Assembly: GCA_002269645.1 (NCBI GenBank)
Contig: NIVC01002111.1
Span: 1 to 64,000 of the forward strand
Reading direction: 5' to 3'
Length of the DNA stretch: 64,000 nucleotides
Source of the DNA: Macrostomum lignano
Taxonomy: Eukaryota
The notes beneath the pieces were generated by a model. That model worked only from the letters and a program-made list of their open reading frames with translations. It was not told where the DNA came from and did no database searches. Position 1 is the stretch's first letter. Every line of letters begins with the position of its first letter. Positions 38,001 to 58,890 of this stretch are shown piece by piece. A program made the position numbers and the translations under genes.

Positions 38001-40444
38001 GCCATGTGTCATCACGGGCTGGCCTGGCTGCAGAGGTGAGACTGGGGATCCGGGATTCGCCATCTAGAGATTTAGCTTGATAATCTGGGGATTTAGGTTG
38101 ATAATCTGGGGATTTAGGTTGATCATCTGGGAATTTAGGTTGATAATCTGGGAATTTAGGTTGATAATCTGGGAATTTAGGTTGATCATCTGGGTATTTA
38201 GGTTTATCATCTGGGGATTTAGGTTGACCATCTGGGGATTTAGGTTGATCATCTGGGGATTTAGGTTGATCATCTGGAAATTTAGATTGATAATCTGGGA
38301 ATTTAGGTTGATCATCTGGGGATTTAGGTTGATAATCTGGGAATTTAGGTTAATAATCTGGGAATTTTGGTTGATAATCTGGAAATTTAGGTTGATAATC
38401 TGGGAATTTAGGTTGATAATCTGGGGATTTAGTTTGATAATCTGGGAATTTTGGTTGATAATCTGGGAATTTAGGTTGATAATCTGGGAATTTAGGTTGA
38501 TAATCTGGGGATTTAGGTTGATCATCTGGAAATTTAGGTTTATAATCTGGGGATTTAGGTTGATAATCTGGGAATTTAGGTTAATAATCTAGGAAATTGT
38601 ATAGATAATTCAGGTACTTAAATTTATCATCTAAAGAGTTACATGAATAATCGGGAACCCTTTAGAATGATTGTAGTAAATCTTAAGATTTAGATTAACA
38701 TCATCATCTCTGAGTAGTCAGTCTTGTTATCTTTAGATCAGGCCTTCTATTTCGCCTTGATCGACTCCTGTCACCCAGCGGCGGTGACGTCATCGCCTCG
38801 CTGCTCAGGCCGCAGCTGATGCGTCTGTTTGGTCACGTGACCGCCGCCGCTCCCAACCCGGACGCTGTCCTGTCTGCCTGTCCGGGATTTTTAGCCAGCC
38901 TGCAGGACGGACTAGCTTCGAACTCCTCGACCGATCAGGATGCTTTCGTTGCCATGGCAACCGTCGGACACATTGGCGCCGGCTCGGTCGCCGGAAAATC
39001 GGCCGCTTTGGCCCGGCCGGAGCTGGTGCGGCCACTGGCCGAGATTCTCCGGCGTTCGCCTCGTTCGGAGCCGCGCGCCCGAGCTTTGGCGGCCATTCGA
39101 GACCTTCTCAAGGTGAACGGCGACTGGTCCGCTGCCGAGCGATCAGAAGCCGCCACGGTGGCCGAGCGACTCTGGTCCGGTCCGCTTAGTTTGCGTTTGG
39201 CCGAGATTGAAAAACTTGCGCGGGTGCCGTTTCCGGAAATTCGATTAGAAGCGTTCGGGCTGCTGGCTGCTATTGCGGAACAGGTTAGATTCATTATTAA
39301 TATATATTGCCTGTTGTGTCGGTTGTAGATTCCCTTTTTATTGTTAAACATAGAAACTGACGTCATATAGTGTAGGTTAGTTCTAAAAAAGAAACTAACG
39401 TCATATAGTGTAGGTTAGTTCTAAAAATAGAAACTGACGTCATATAGTGTAGGTTAGTTCTAAAAATAGAAACTGACGTCATATAATGTAGGTTAGTTCT
39501 AAAAATAGAAACTCACGTCATATAGTATAGTGAGGCGTAAGGCCTTAATTAGTTCAATAGATAGAATGGCAGCGAAGAGTTTTGTGCTGCTTTGCGCATA
39601 TATTTATATTCACACAAACTGCGCGAGATTCATGAGGGCCCAAGGAAGGTGCGAACAGGTGGCGTGGCGTGATAGGCTACGCCAACCCCCTTGGCTTAGC
39701 GAGCCGGCTAGCCTGGTGCGCAACCACCCCACCTCAGCTAGACAGAGGTTGGAGGGTTTCCAGTGCGGCTGCACTGGTGCTGCCGGTCGCGTACAGTCTG
39801 GCCGCCACAAAAGGTTAATTAAAAAAATAAAAACTGGCGTCATATATTGTAGGTTAGTTCAAAAAAGAAACTGACGTCATATAGTATAAGCCACTAGTTC
39901 TAAAAATAGAATCAGACGTCATATAGTATAGGTTAGTTCTAAAAATAAAAGCTAGTATAGGCCACTAGTTCTAAAAATAGAAACTGACGACATATTTTAT
40001 TGGTTAGTTCTAAAAATAGAATCAGACGTCATATAGTATAGGTTAGTTCTAAAAATAGAAGCTGACGTCTTAGGCTTCTATAAAGTAGTTATAAAATTAT
40101 TTTTTCTTCTTTCTATATTACAGAGTATAGAGTAATTTGAGATTGTGTACATTGACTAGCGACTATTATCCTTACTGTTTCAAATGCCATCGCCAACACA
40201 GGACTGGGCTGCCAGCCTCATCGCAGCAGAGCCCAGCCTCCTAGAATTCCTACTCGACCGTCGGACCGAATCTACTCACGAATCGGCCGTCAGCAAATTT
40301 GCCGTAGTTGAAGCCGCCTGCCGTTGTCCCGGCTTTGCTAGCGGCGTGTTCAGCGGTCCGGATCAACTGCGACTGCGCCTGCACGTCAAACAGGGCCTGT
40401 ATTATGCCCCTGCTCAGGCTAATGTGGCCACTGAGGACGCTTGA
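35024..40444 (+). CDS. PSMD5: 26S proteasome non-ATPase regulatory subunit 5 (S5b/Hsm3 base assembly chaperone), ~551 aa
   Basis: Exons 35024-35118, 35221-35536, 37581-38035, 38737-39283, 40202-40444, phase-consistent. ARM/HEAT-like sequence with PSMD5 hallmarks: VVRMRGLEL, DPLLAVNCLE..LAMCHHGLAWL, PFPEIRLEAF..LAAIAEQDWA, EFLLDRRTE, C-terminal LRLHVKQGLYY..A.VATE. Confidence 0.85.
35600..37540. repeat. 23-bp minisatellite (GGATGTGGGATCTCAACACTCCA) with 16-bp variants
   Basis: About 1.9 kb of tandem units; source of many GSQHSRMWDLNTP ORFs. Confidence 0.97.
38085..38592. repeat. 21-bp minisatellite (TTAGGTTGATAATCTGGGAAT)
   Basis: About 24 units. Confidence 0.95.
39350..40072. repeat. 39-bp minisatellite whose unit contains a MEF2-type site (CTAAAAATAG) and a CRE (TGACGTCA)
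   Basis: Unit TTAGTTCTAAAAATAGAAACTGACGTCATATAGTGTAGG, about 10-11 units, interrupted at 39531-39809. Confidence 0.9.
39531..39809. mobile_element. Small TG..CA-bounded insertion (possible solo LTR/TRIM) splitting the minisatellite
   Basis: Starts TGAGGCG and ends CGCCACA (6/7 inverted match); flanks ATAG / AAAG (3/4). GC-rich and unrelated to the surrounding array. Confidence 0.45.
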
Positions 40445-40737
40445 ATTATACCAGCTATTGAAACTGACATTTAATGTGTTATCCTGACCTCTGATTTCAT
40501 TTAATATCCAACAGCGTTTCTTTACGAAAGTTGCGATTAATAAATACAAAGCATTTTATTTATAAGAATTATCTTAAGTTCTCGCCAGCTTTAATAGTAT
40601 GTGTGCTGTGATTTTTTTCAATTTAAACCTTTGATTTGATAAACATAATTTATGTTCATAAGCTGCGTTTCATCTAAATACATCATAGATACTGAAGTCA
40701 ATAACTTCTAGGGTCGATTCTATAACTTGGAGTTTGA

Positions 40738-40876
40738 TTCTAAAAATAGAATCTGACGTTAGTAGCTTTCCAGGTTTGATTCTAAAAATAGAATCTGACG
40801 TCAGTGGCTTTTCAGGGTTGGTTCTAAAAATAGAATCTGACGTTAGTAGCTTTCCAGGTTTGATTCTAAAAATAGA
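40738..40876. promoter_or_regulatory. Four 42-bp units with MEF2-type sites and CRE/CRE-like sites ~200 bp upstream of the kinase ATG
   Basis: CTAAAAATAG at 40740, 40782, 40824, 40866; TGACGTCA at 40796 and TGACGTTA twice. Function is inferred only. Confidence 0.4.
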
Positions 40877-41081
40877 CTATAGAATTTAGTAGGAATCGTT
40901 GCTATCACTTTTTTCCTAGGCACAATTACATTGTAATTCTGCATTTTATGATGTCCAGCCTTCGCGACCGCGGCAAAAGCTGATTGCTGAAAAAGCCAAT
41001 AATAAAGACAAAGACGCAAACATTGAAAATCAGACAACAGCCAAGGTAGCCGTGTCAGACACGGCTAGTCCTGCTGCCCAG

Positions 41082-49598
<8,517 letters not shown>

Positions 49599-50549
49599 AA
49601 CTGCACTCGCACGCGCTTGCACTACTGCCCTAAGTAGTTAGTAGTAGCTATTTAAATATTATCTGAGGTGACGGTCTGTTTTATGTATGAAATTTTCTTA
49701 TCTTTTTTCCGTCCCTCGCTTTGGTAATAAAATATTTTATCATTTTCATGTCAGTGCCTTATAGCAGTAGGGAGTGCCTATTATATTTTTGATCTCTTCA
49801 ACTTTATAACTTAATTATGGGTCTCGTGAAAGTGTTTCAATTTTTGGGCAGGAATTTTATTGCCTTCTACCTTCTGCGGCTGTTTTGTATAGTTCTGATA
49901 TATTTATTTATTTTTCTATCATTTACTTTTCGCGATTGCGTCATACTCATACTACTCACTTGATATATTGTAAGTAGTGTACGCTGCGTATGGATGTAAA
50001 AATTTATGCTTTCATTTAATTTTGTCAGCTCTCATTTTGTCGTCACACTGTTCCTCTGTGAAGCCTTGACGCTTATTACAAATTTGATTATTTATTTTGC
50101 TAAAACTGTTTGTTTCTGCGCATTCCATTTTCTCTGAAGGATTTTAAAACTATATTTTTGGCGACATTTTCTGGCTGATTTTTTCTCGGTGCTTTGGTGT
50201 TCCCGATTAGGCAGAACAAATTGACATATTTTTGTTGGCGAGAAAAGTTCACTGCGTATTCTCTGTGTAGGATTAACTCTTATTAATTGCTGGCACCAAA
50301 TCAGAAATTTGTTCTGTTCGACCAGAGATTGAATATTTTGTTTTCAAAGATTATTCATTTTTGTACGTGTATATTTCTTAGAATTTCCCTCTGCGCTCTA
50401 TTTCCAATTAGCTTGGGCATCAGAGCCGCGGCAAACAATATAAAGGAATATTTTTCAACCCAACCCATCGGCTGGCGTCAGATTTTACTCGCATTGTGCA
50501 AACACTTGTTAGTGCCTTCCCAGTGTGTTGCGGCTTTTAGGGTTTAGGG

Positions 50550-50622
50550 ACAGCAGACAGACACACAGACACACAGACAGAGACACACAGACAGACACAC
50601 AGGCAGACAGACAGACAGACAC

Positions 50623-50701
<79 letters not shown>

Positions 50702-50736
50702 TACAGACAGACAGACAGACACACAGACAGACAGAC

Positions 50737-50785
<49 letters not shown>

Positions 50786-50852
50786 CACAGACAGACAGAC
50801 AGACAGAAAAACAGACAAGCAGACAGACAGACAAACAAACAAACAAACAGGC

Positions 50853-50889
<37 letters not shown>

Positions 50890-51085
50890 CACACACAGAC
50901 AGACAGCAGACAGACAGACAGACAGACACACAGACAGACAGACAGAAAGAAAGACAGACAGACAGACAGACAGAAAAACAGACAAGCAGACAGACAGACA
51001 AACAAACAAACAGGCAGACAGACAGACAGAAAGACAGACAGACAGACAGACAAAAAAACAGACAAGCAGACAGATAGACAAACAA

Positions 51086-51154
<69 letters not shown>

Positions 51155-51262
51155 AAGACAGACAAAAAAACAGACAAGCAGACAGACAGACAAACAAACA
51201 AACAAACAGACAGACAGAAAGACAGACAGACAGGCAGACAGACAGACAGACAGGCAGACAGG
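50550..51262. repeat. Degenerate (ACAG)n microsatellite
   Basis: Tetranucleotide run. Confidence 0.95.
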
Positions 51263-51619
51263 AGTATTTGTGAACGTCAATATTAGTCCATAAAAAGTAG
51301 CAAGAGCAGAAAAGCAGATTCTATTATTGTTCACAATCAAGCGCAATGTACAAAATGTTGCTCTTTATTCCGTGCGCAGAATGCCAATATATTTAGCAAT
51401 GGATCGATACTGCCGGAGCTAATTTTAGGTTGAAAATTGGTACAAAAGGGATTGTAGTTGTAACCTCACTCGTAAATTCCTTCAAGCAAGCCTGCTCACG
51501 TTAAAAGACGATTTCCTGTTTGTTCCCGTACTGTCTTTTGCAGGTGCTGCAAGCTAAATTATGGACCCGCTGCATATAACCTGAATAATTTTATGACTGG
51601 CTTATGGATACCTTGAAAT

Positions 51620-52320
51620 ATGTCATTAAAACTCCTAAATCTACAGTCAAAACTCCCAAATCTACAGTCAAAACTACCAAATCTATCTAGAGTCAAAACT
51701 CACAAATCTACAGTCAAAACTCACAAATCTACAGTCAAAACTCACAAATCTACAGTCAAAACTCACAAATCTACAGTCAAAACTCACAAATCTACAGTCA
51801 AAACTCACAAATCTACAGTCAAAACTCACAAATCTACAGTTAAAACTCACAAATCTACCATCAAAACTCAAATCTACAGTCAAAACTCCCAAATCTACAG
51901 TCAAAACTACCAAATCTATCTAGAGTCAAAACTCACAAATCTACAGTCAAAACTCACAAATCTACAGTTAAAACTCACAAATCTACCATCAAAACTCAAA
52001 TCTACAGTCAAAACTCCCAAATCTACAGTCTAAACTTTTAAATCTACAGTCAAAACTCTCAAAATTGTGGTAGAAACTGCCAAATCTAAAGCCAAAACTT
52101 CCAAATATACAGTCAAAACTCACTAAATTGCGGTAGAAACTGCCAAATCTACAGCCAAAACTCCCAAATCTACAGTCAAAACTCATTAAATTGCGGTAGA
52201 AACTGCCAAATCTACAGCCAAAACTCCCAAATCTACAGTCAAAACTCATTAAATTGCGGTAGAAACTGCCAAATCTAAAGCCAAAACTCCCAAAATCTCC
52301 AGTCAAAACTTCAAAATCTC
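51620..52320. repeat. 21-bp minisatellite (AAATCTACAGTCAAAACTCAC) grading into a longer unit
   Basis: Visible tandem units. Confidence 0.9.
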
Positions 52321-52424
52321 CTGTGAAAACTTCAAAACTACAGGAAAAACTGCTTCTGTCGCAAATGTTTCGTTCCGCAGTTAATCTCGACGAGGCCGCA
52401 GACCGCGCTGATTTTGGAGCACCT

Positions 52425-54906
52425 TCACAGCACCAGCCTGCTCAGGCCCGCCATCAGGGCCGCACTGATGGCCCCGCTGGCGGGCAGAGTGACCAGCCAG
52501 GCGATAATGATATTGCGAAATATCGACCATTCGACATTGTCACGGCTGCGAAAGAAGCCGACTAAGACTACGCTGCCAACTTTGCAGTGAGTTGTGCTGA
52601 TTGGAATTCCGATGTTTGACGCAATCAGCACGGCCATGGCTGCCCCGAGCTCGATGCAGAATCCGCTGGAATGGGGTGGGGAGACTGGGACTTGGCTTTT
52701 GGCAATGTATACAGGATGTATGTATAGAAAGCAGACGACATAGTTTAGTAGCTAGAATAGATGACACAATGAAAGACATTTGGGTAGACATTTCGCATAC
52801 AATCGAGTCGGGTCTTTGACAACTGAGTAGATAATTAAAGAAAAAATGGAGCAGAATATAGGACAGAAAAATAGTTTTCAATAGGTTAGCCAACGGGGTA
52901 GATTATAGGGTTGACAAAAGAATAATGTAGGCATTTTGGTAGACCATGGGGTAGACAGCTGGACAATAGAGAGTACTGTATAGATATCTGGCGATTGGGT
53001 AGATAGTTGGGTAGAGGATTGAGTATGTAAGACCGTGGGTTGAATTGCAGTGAATAACAAAACGTGAGGAGGCCTCACTGGCTCGCGCCAATATATTTAA
53101 TGCCAAAGCTGGGGTGGGTGTAACCACCCTCAGCACGCACACGCCGCAGCGCTAAACCCCAACCCCCAAACCAGCCAGACGTGCACATCTAAGTGCACGC
53201 GCACCAACAAGCCAGACTACAAGTAGATAGTTGGGTAGAGGATTGAGTAGAGAGTTGGGTAGAGGATTGAGTAGAGAGTTGGGTAGAGGATTGAGTAGAT
53301 AGTTAAGTAGAGGATTGAGTAGACAGTTGGGTAGAGGATTGAGTAGACAGTTGGGTAAAGGATTGAGTAGACAGATCGGTAGAGGATTGAGAAGACAGTT
53401 GGGTAGAGGATTGAGTAGACAGTTGGGTAAAGGATTGAGTAGACAGATCGGTAGAGGATTGAGAAGACAGTTGGGTAGAGGATTGAGTAGACAGTTGGGT
53501 AGAGGATTGAGTAGACAGTTGGGTAAAGGATTGAGTAGACAGTTGGGTAGAGGATTGAGAAGACAGTTGGGTAGAGGATTGAGTAGACAGTTGGTTAGAC
53601 GATTAAGTAGAGACTTAGATAGAGGATTGAGTAGACAGTTGGGTAAAGGATTGAGTAGACAGTTGGGTAGAGGATTGAGAAGACAGTTGGGTAGAGGATT
53701 GAGTAGACAGTTGGTTAGACGATTAAGTAGAGACTTAGATAGAGGATTGAGTAGACAGGATGGTATATGTGGACGACGGAATGTATAATGGTATAGTGTA
53801 GATAATAGAGTAGACACTAGGATAGACAATGAGATGGAGCTCACTCCAGACTCCACACCGAACTCACCTAGACGGTGTGATGGTGGTCAGATCCTCGCCC
53901 AGCGTCTGGATCACCCGCCTGCCCCAGATCCACAAGCCGATGCTGATGCCGAAACCGCCGTAGACCAATATCCAAATCGGGGAGGCGACCTTCCCGGCGA
54001 TATCCCCTGTGGTGGCCACAACCCACAGGCCGATCAGAGGTCCGATAGCGTTGCTAACGTCGTTGCCGCCGTGAGCAAAGGCTCCAAAAATTGCCGTCAA
54101 AATTTGCAGCCAAGCAAAAATTCTAGCCTGCTCGGGTCGGTCAACGATCGCCTTCTTGCTTTTATTATCAGCTTTGCCCCCTTTGGCGCCTTGCTGCTGC
54201 TCGGACTGGATTGGCTCCTCGTCTTCGGCGCTCTCAATCGGCTGCGGGCGGTTGTTGCCGTTTTTCTAGTTGCTATGCTGATTTAACAACTGGTAGATGG
54301 TTCCTTTTTAATCGTGGCGTCATAGTCTAAGTCAAGTGACGTCATAGTCTAATTGGGTGACGCCGCTGTCAAAGTGACGTCATAGTCTGATTTGGGTGCC
54401 GCCAATGTCTAAGTGACGTCATAGTCTAATTGGGTGACGCCACTGTCAAAGTGGCATCATGATCTGGTTGGGTGACGCCACAGTCTCTTCGTGGCGATTT
54501 CACTATTTAATTGAGTTAATCCACTATATAAATAAGTGACGCCATTGTCCTTTTAGATGACGTCACCATCTGATCATGTGACGTCACTATCTAGCAATCA
54601 CGCACTAACTGATGAAACCAATGCAAAACAGCACTCTACCTCTTAATAGACTGTAGGATACGTCAACATTAAAAATCAGGGGCTGACTAAAAGTTTTTTT
54701 CTTATTTTTAACAGAAACACCTTCCATTACATTCAAACCAATTCAATATACCTTGTACTTTGCCTTGCGCTGCTGAGTCGTGGAATCCGAATGGCTGCTC
54801 AACGCGACAGACGAGCCGGCTTCAGAAGGCGCATCAGCCACGGACTCTTCTGGCGGATTGTCGCGGAGCTCGGCTGAGAAAACGTTAGGGAATATATTTG
54901 AGTGTT

Positions 54907-54995
<89 letters not shown>

Positions 54996-55011
54996 CAGTT
55001 GGTTCGTTAGC

Positions 55012-55051
<40 letters not shown>

Positions 55052-55095
55052 AAGTTAGTTAGTTAGTTAGTTAGTTAGTCAGTTGGTTCGTTAGC

Positions 55096-55149
<54 letters not shown>

Positions 55150-55567
55150 TTTAGTTAGTTAGTTAGTTAGTCAGTCAGTTAGTTAGTTAGTTAGTTAAGG
55201 GGGTTGTAGCCTAGTGGTTAGAGCGTCGGACTCACGACTTGAAGGTCGGGGGTTCGATTCCCGAAACCCACTGGAATAATTTGTGTCCTTAAGCAAGACA
55301 CTTAATTCTGCATTGCTTCAGTTCACCCAGCTGTAAAATGGGTGCCAGCATTAGCTGGGGTAATTGAGGGGGTGTGTGGCGACCCCCCAGTACTTGGACT
55401 GAACAGCCGTACGCAGCCTTCAGATGCGCCGCGCAATAGCTGCGGCTGAGCTGTCGGTTGCACATCTGGACATTAGGGCAGGTGTAATCAGTTATATGTA
55501 ATATATATATATATATATTTGTTTGTTTGTTTGTTTGTTTGTTTGTTTGTTTGTTTGTTTGTTTGTC

Positions 55568-55606
<39 letters not shown>

Positions 55607-58600
55607 GAGTTAGTTAGCTAGTTATTCAGTCAGTCAGTTAGTTACTAAGATAATTAGGTAGACAGCTATAGTTACCAAGCTAGATAGTCTGATAACTAGT
55701 TAGTACATACTATACTCACCAATAATTCGTTTCCGCTGCCATGGAATGAGGACCAGTTTCACCAGAATCGAGCAGATGATTCCAACGCCAAACGAGGCTA
55801 AGATGGCTCCCCACAATGGGATCACGTGGAAGTAGAGGCCTGGGGTTTTTAATAATTGTTTCAGAAGTTTTTCTCGGACTATTCTTTGGCACTAATGAAG
55901 TTCAGAAGCAGAATGTTAATAACTCACTCTCAGGTCCTTCGTACACGGTTGAGAATACGTTGATAGCGATGGTGACACTGTAGATTAGTGGCAGGAATCG
56001 GAGTCCAGGTTCCAGTGCATCTGGCTGCGAGTGGGGTGGATAGGTAGGAAATAGGTTTGGTAAAAAAATTAGGATAGATAGTAGGTAGGTAGTTGGGTAG
56101 TTAAATAGTTAGGTAGGTAGGTAGGTAGGTACATGTAGGTAATGAAAATAATTGATTACACCTGCCTTAATGGGATTTGCAACCGACAGCTCAGCCGCAG
56201 CTATTGCGCGGCGCATCTGAAGGCTGCGTACGGCTGTTCAGTCCAAGGACTGGGGGGTCGCCACACACCCTCAATTACCCCAGCTAATGCTGGCACCCAT
56301 TTTACAGCTGGGTGAACTGAAGCAATGCAGAATTAAGTGTCTTGCTCAAGGACACTAATTGTTCTAGTGGGATCGGGAATCGAACCCCCGACCTTCAAGT
56401 CGTGAGTCCGACGCTCTAACCACTAGGCTGCAACATTTTAGGTAGGTAGGCCAGGTCAGGTAGGTAAACAGTATAGGTAGTTAGGTAGGAGGGTAGGTAT
56501 GTAGGTAGGTAGGTAGGTAGGTCAGGTCAGGTCAGGTCAGGTAGGTAGGTGGGTGGGCAGGTGCTTCTATAGACATATCCGCTCAGCATATTTTAAAAAT
56601 TTTCATGAGTGAGCAATGCTGAGTTATTAGTTAGACAAATAAAAAATACATTTATAAAGCTTTATAATCACCTTTGTTAGGATGAAGACTTTAATAAAGT
56701 AGAACAGGGCTATGGAAATTCCGCCACTCAGCAGGGGCGAAATGAACCAGGAGGCCACTGAAAATCGGATAAGTCAATATGATTACCTAAAAATAATAAA
56801 ACTTGGCTATAACTAAAATTCTTACACAATTGGCTAACAAAAAAGTTTTAAGCTGTAAAACGATAAGATCCGCTGAAATTTGAGCTATTTGAGAGCACAG
56901 AGAGCTATACGAGAAAAATTTAAAAGAAGTCTGACTAGCAAAGACCTAAGCGTTTATTAGAAACCAGCTTCCCCCGACCAGATAATCTGATTCAGAACTC
57001 CATGGCTCCAAAATTGCAGATGGTACAAAACACCCTGTAGCCCTGCGATTTTCCAGACCGCTTGGTCCGACATGCACAATTCGAAATTGAGTTTTCAACT
57101 GTTGAATTAAACTTTTTCCAAACTGCATGACGAACGAATAAGTGGGTGGGGGGGTGCGCTGCTGAAATGAGATAAGCCTGGTTTGAATACAGCTTGAATC
57201 AGACTGCGCTTAGATACAAGCTCTAAAACCGTGCAAGGGTATTCTTCAAACTGATAAAGGAATGCCATTGAAGTGTCAGTTCTCCTGTCAAGCTGTCATC
57301 TCCTATCGTGATTTAAGGATTGCCTATCCTGACCCAAGAATTGCCTATCCTGACCCAAGAATCTCTCATCCTGATCCAAGAATTGCCTATCCTGACCCGA
57401 GAATTGCCTGTCCTGACCCAAGAATCTCTCATCCTGACCCAAGAATCTCTCATCCTGACCCAAGAATCTCTCATCCTGACCCAAGAATCTCTCATCCTGA
57501 TCCAAGAATTGCCTATCCTGACCCGAGAATTGCCTGTCCTGACCCAAGAATTGCCTATCCTGACCCAAGAATCTCTCATCCTGACCCAAGAATTGCCTAT
57601 CCTGACCCGAGAATTGCCTGTCCTGACCCAAGAATCTCTCATCCTGACCCAAGAATCTCTCATCCTGACCCAAGAATCTCTCATCCTGACCCAAGAATCT
57701 CTCATCCTGACCCAAGAATTGCCTATCCTGACCCAAGAATCTCTCATCCTGACCCAAGAATTGCCAATCCTGACCCAAGAATTGCCTATCCTGACCCAAG
57801 AATTGCCCATCCTGACCCAAGAATTGCCTATCCTGTTCCAAGAATCTCTCATCCTGACCCAAGAATTGCCTATCCTGACCCAAGAATCTCTCATCCTGAC
57901 CCAAGAATTGCCTATCCTGACCCAAGAATCGCCTATCCTGACCCAAGAATCTCCCTTCCTGACCCAAGAATTGCCTATCCTGACCCGAGAATTGCCTGTC
58001 CTGACCCAAGAATCTCTCATCCTGACCCAAGAATTGCCTATCCTGACCCGAGAATTGCCTGTCCTGACCCAAGAATCTCTCATCCTGACCCAAGAATCTC
58101 TCATCCTGACCCAAGAATCTCTCATCCTGACCCAAGAATTGCCTATCCTGACCCAAGAATCTCTCATCCTGATCCAAGAATTGCCCATCCTGACCCAAGA
58201 ATTGCGTATCCTGACCCAAGAATCTCTCATCCTGACCCAAGAATTGCCTATCCTGACCCAAGAATCGCCTATCCTGACCCAAGAATCTCCCTTCCTGACC
58301 CAAGAATCGCCTATCCTGATCCAAGAATTGCCTATCCTGACCCAAGAATCTCCCACCCTGAGACAAAGCAACTAGCTGCAGCATCTCCCAATTGGAAGCT
58401 GTCACCACTTACCGATGAGGCCCAACCGGGCCCAGTCCACTCCTGTCTGCGCGTTGGCCACAAGAGCGAAGCCCACGGTGGCGCCAACAATGGAGTGAGT
58501 GCCGGACACGGGCACACGAAAGAACGTAGCAACCAGCAGCCAGATGCAGGTGCCAGAGAGGCTGGACAGCTGGCCTATCATGAGCAGCTGAGATCCGGTT

Positions 58601-58890
58601 GTACTAGTCCCATTATTATTCAATTCAACGTAATAGTCGGTGTCTATGATGCCTTTTCGAATTGTCTCGGACACTTTCGCACCGAGTAGGACGGCACCGG
58701 CTGTCTCAAATATTGTTGCCAGAATGCAAGCCTGCTTCAACGTCAGCACCTTGGAGCCGACCGACGTACCAAAACTGTTAGCAACGTCGTTCGCCCCGAT
58801 GCCGAAGGCTAGTACGAAAGCGATGATAAACCCCAGCACCACAATCCAGAGGTACTCCTCCGGGATTCCTAGAAAGCCGCTGGTGGTCAT
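52425..58890 (-). CDS. Sodium-dependent phosphate transporter, SLC20/PiT (PHO4) family, 513 aa
   Basis: Exons 58890-58413, 56757-56672, 56024-55928, 55839-55720, 54873-54752, 54265-53868, 52665-52425, phase-consistent. Signature motifs [79 protein letters not shown]. Confidence 0.93.
53225..53757. repeat. 24-bp minisatellite (AGACAGTTGGGTAGAGGATTGAGT)
   Basis: About 22 units. Confidence 0.95.
54905..55195. repeat. (TTAG)n microsatellite
   Basis: Tetranucleotide run; (TTTG)n and (TTAG)n follow the SINE at 55518-55620. Confidence 0.95.
55200..55492 (+). mobile_element. tRNA-derived CORE-type SINE
   Basis: A box TAGCCTAGTGG, B box GGTTCGATTCC, then TGTGTCCTTAAGCAAGACACTTAA...CAGCTGTAAAATGGG resembling the MIR/CORE domain. 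A second near-identical copy lies at 56153-56434. Confidence 0.85.
56153..56434 (-). mobile_element. tRNA-derived CORE-type SINE (second copy, inverted)
   Basis: Reverse complement matches the 55200 copy along almost its whole length, with few substitutions. Confidence 0.85.
57315..58358. repeat. 21-bp minisatellite (ATCCTGACCCAAGAATTGCCT / ...AATCTCTC)
   Basis: About 49 units; open in several frames, hence ORFs 57262-58689 etc. Confidence 0.97.

Noticed and set aside
54905-55195. Interstitial telomeric repeat
   Set aside because: The unit is TTAG, not TTAGG or TTAGGG; it is an ordinary tetranucleotide microsatellite.
55203-55275. Possible tRNA gene
   Set aside because: A and B boxes are present, but there is no matching acceptor stem and it continues into a CORE domain, so it is a SINE head.
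57262-58689. 475-aa [14 protein letters not shown] repeat protein
   Set aside because: 21-bp minisatellite open in several frames within SLC20 intron 1 on the opposite strand.
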